Origin: an uncultured delta proteobacterium
GTDB lineage: Bacteria > Desulfobacterota > Syntrophia > Syntrophales > Smithellaceae
Direction: 5' to 3'
Assembly (NCBI GenBank): GCA_963753975.1
Contig: CAVWEH010000002.1
Location: 576,001-640,000, forward strand
Length of the DNA stretch: 64,000 nucleotides
Shown here: positions 62,109-64,000 of the stretch, in pieces
How positions within the stretch are numbered: position 1 is the first letter of the stretch
Layout: each line of letters starts with the position of its first letter
Translations under genes and position numbers: made by a program
Notes under the pieces: generated by a model
The model's database searches: none
What the model was told of the DNA's origin: nothing
Seen by the model: only the letters and a program-made list of their open reading frames with translations

Positions 62109-62280
62109 TGTGAAACTCCAATTCCGAAAGCGTAGCGTATCGAAATTGGTAAGTTGAATTAATGAAACTCAGATATTACAAGCGCAGTGCAGTTAATATC
62201 TGTAAGCTGAATTAATCCCGCGTGCGAAGCTTAGCGGGGCAATATAATATCCCGCGAAGCGGAGGGTATAATGCCCGTAG
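62109..62280 (+). repeat. Composite repeat element R10 (2 core units plus tail modules)
   Basis: tgtgaaactc-caattccga-aagcgtagcgta-tcgaaattg-gtaagttgaatt | aatgaaactc-agatattac-aagcgcagtgca-gttaatatct-gtaagctgaatt | ... atcccgcgaagcggagggt. Confidence 0.92.
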
Positions 62281-62287
62281 TTTGTTT

Positions 62288-63526
62288 TTAAACATGTCCC
62301 AGAGCATCCACGATATTTTGTTTGGCTGCCCGTCTGGCCGGTATAATCGCCGCCAATAAAGAAAGCCCAACCATACAGAACATCATGATAAACAGAGCTT
62401 GTGGCACCAGATCCACAGTCAGTGACATAGATGTGGAAATGCCCGGAGGTGTATATTGGGGTGGATAAATTTTAATAATGGCCCATACGCATAAATGCAG
62501 TACAACTCCCATAAAGCTACCAAAAAGACCCAGCAGGGCGCCTTCGATAGAAAAGAGCAGCGATACTCCTCTGCGTTTTAAACCTAAAGCCCGCAGAGTC
62601 CCAATTTCTCTGGTTCTTTCGAGAATGGCCATACCCATCGTATTGACCGTGGTCATTACAACAATGACTATGACAATCGTAAAAAGGAAAGAAAACATCA
62701 TGTCGAGCATGCTTTTCGTTTTCAAATAGGATAAAGATAATTCTTTCCATGTCCTAATTTCACAGTCAATACCGGCAGCTTGAAGCTTCTTCAGCAGCGT
62801 TGTACGCATACGTTCAGTATCTTGCCAGTCTTTCAGCAAGACAACAATTCTTTCCGCTGAATGCGTATCAAGAAGGGACTGAGCAAAATCAAAAGTGAAG
62901 CGCATAAATTTATCATTAGAGAAATCAGAGCCGGTGTCATAGACACCCATTACTTGGATATCCAAAGCATTCATTTGCCCGGTCAGCGTGGAAGCCATGA
63001 CCACCCCTTCTTTACCGGGTGTTAAGTTGAGATATCTGGCCAAATCCTGGGCAATTTCTACACCATACTTTTTCTGATCGTCTAATTCTTTTCCCTTGAC
63101 TGGTCTGAAATTAGCCCAACCTCCTTTTATCGTTTTCTCATCTTTAGGAACGACACCCTGGGCGATAAAAATGGTCGAGGCGATGCCATTGGTTACAATA
63201 CCCGTTACTTGCATCTGGGGGGTAGCTAGAATAACCTCTTTCTCATCCGTAGCGAGTTTGATAATCTTTTCTGTCTCCTCTTTAGAGAACATATATTTCT
63301 CCGGTTCCAGCTTCCCCTTCTCCTGCCAACCGGCTCTGTTGATCCTTAAATGACCCAAGCCCTCTGCTTGAACAGCCATAACCCTTAACCCGTAATACGA
63401 ATTATGGATCCAACCGTAAAAGAGGTTGATCGCGGCAAAGCCCACACCGATTGCGAGCAGTGTGACAAAAGAGCGGCGTTTGTTTCTAAAAATATTCCTA
63501 ACTGCCAGTTTTATCCATTTCATCAT
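62288..63526 (-). CDS. ABC transporter permease (LolC/E/FtsX family)
   Basis: A-RN--RNKRRS, ERTREIGTLRALG, PARRA. Confidence 0.9.
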   Translation of the reverse strand: MMKWIKLAVRNIFRNKRRSFVTLLAIGVGFAAINLFYGWIHNSYYGLRVMAVQAEGLGHLRINRAGWQEKGKLEPEKYMFSKEETEKIIKLATDEKEVILATPQMQVTGIVTNGIASTIFIAQGVVPKDEKTIKGGWANFRPVKGKELDDQKKYGVEIAQDLARYLNLTPGKEGVVMASTLTGQMNALDIQVMGVYDTGSDFSNDKFMRFTFDFAQSLLDTHSAERIVVLLKDWQDTERMRTTLLKKLQAAGIDCEIRTWKELSLSYLKTKSMLDMMFSFLFTIVIVIVVMTTVNTMGMAILERTREIGTLRALGLKRRGVSLLFSIEGALLGLFGSFMGVVLHLCVWAIIKIYPPQYTPPGISTSMSLTVDLVPQALFIMMFCMVGLSLLAAIIPARRAAKQNIVDALGHV

Positions 63527-64000
63527 TGCTTTGTTCCTCCATCAACTATCTTTCCGTCTTCCAGGCGCACTAATCGTTTGACCCGGTCCAAAAGCCTTTG
63601 ATCATGAGTGGAAAAAATAAAAGTGATTTCGTCTTTTTCATTCAACTCACGCATGAGATCGATGATCAGACGGGCTGTTTCGGAATCAAGATTGGCTGTC
63701 GGTTCATCGGCAATCACCAAAGAGGGATTATTCACGAGCGCCCGCGCGATGGATACTCTTTGTTGTTGTCCCCCGGACATTTTCGCCGGACGATTATTGA
63801 TCAGGTCGCTTAAACCCACTTCCTCCAGACGGCTCAAAGCCTGCTTCCTGGCTTCTCCTGCCGATGCGCCTTTAATCTGCAGCGGCAGCATTACATTCTC
63901 CAGCGCGGAGAGAACCGGGACCAGGTTAAAACCTTGAAAGATAAAACCGATTGTTTCATTGCGATGTTCGCTTTTTTGATTATCCGTCAAAGATCGGACA
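63523..64000 (-). CDS. ABC transporter ATPase (LolD-like), 5'-truncated by window edge
   Basis: IGFIFQ-FNL, SGGQQQRV-IARAL, ADEPTANLD, STHD. Confidence 0.9.
   Translation of the reverse strand, partial: VRSLTDNQKSEHRNETIGFIFQGFNLVPVLSALENVMLPLQIKGASAGEARKQALSRLEEVGLSDLINNRPAKMSGGQQQRVSIARALVNNPSLVIADEPTANLDSETARLIIDLMRELNEKDEITFIFSTHDQRLLDRVKRLVRLEDGKIVDGGTKQ

Noticed and set aside
63523..64000. Apparent truncation or frameshift of the ABC ATPase
   Set aside because: The frame is open to the window edge (VRSLTDNQ...), so the gene simply starts outside the window.

Overview
The window is a chromosomal segment of an anaerobic Gram-negative bacterium. Gene content and order suggest a Syntrophales/Smithella-like member of Desulfobacterota; this is an inference. 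The first ~30 kb is mostly housekeeping: an EF-G paralogue, mogA, ligA, nfeD/SPFH, UDG, coaBC, the kdsA-kdsC-lptCAB-rpoN-hpf-ptsN-hprK-rapZ cluster, xerD and rpiB. The stretch at 34-57 kb carries two [NiFe]-hydrogenase systems. The first is a sigma54-controlled MvhDGA-like operon with a GltD/HdrL-like flavoprotein and no HdrBC. The second is a HydABCSL-like complex whose HydB is fused to a GltD/NfnB-like module, preceded by a DRTGG/kinase/PHP module. The most striking non-genic signal is a dispersed, modular ~52-nt hairpin repeat: about 14 near-complete units at 10 intergenic loci. The units share a fixed geometry with covarying stems, a 2-nt bulge, tandem GA pairs and a C-GNA-G mini-loop. They assemble in a fixed order into composite elements with conserved ends, and no transposase is present in the window. 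Nine genes are split by single +1 insertions, which are most likely sequencing errors. No rRNA, tRNA or CRISPR array was seen.
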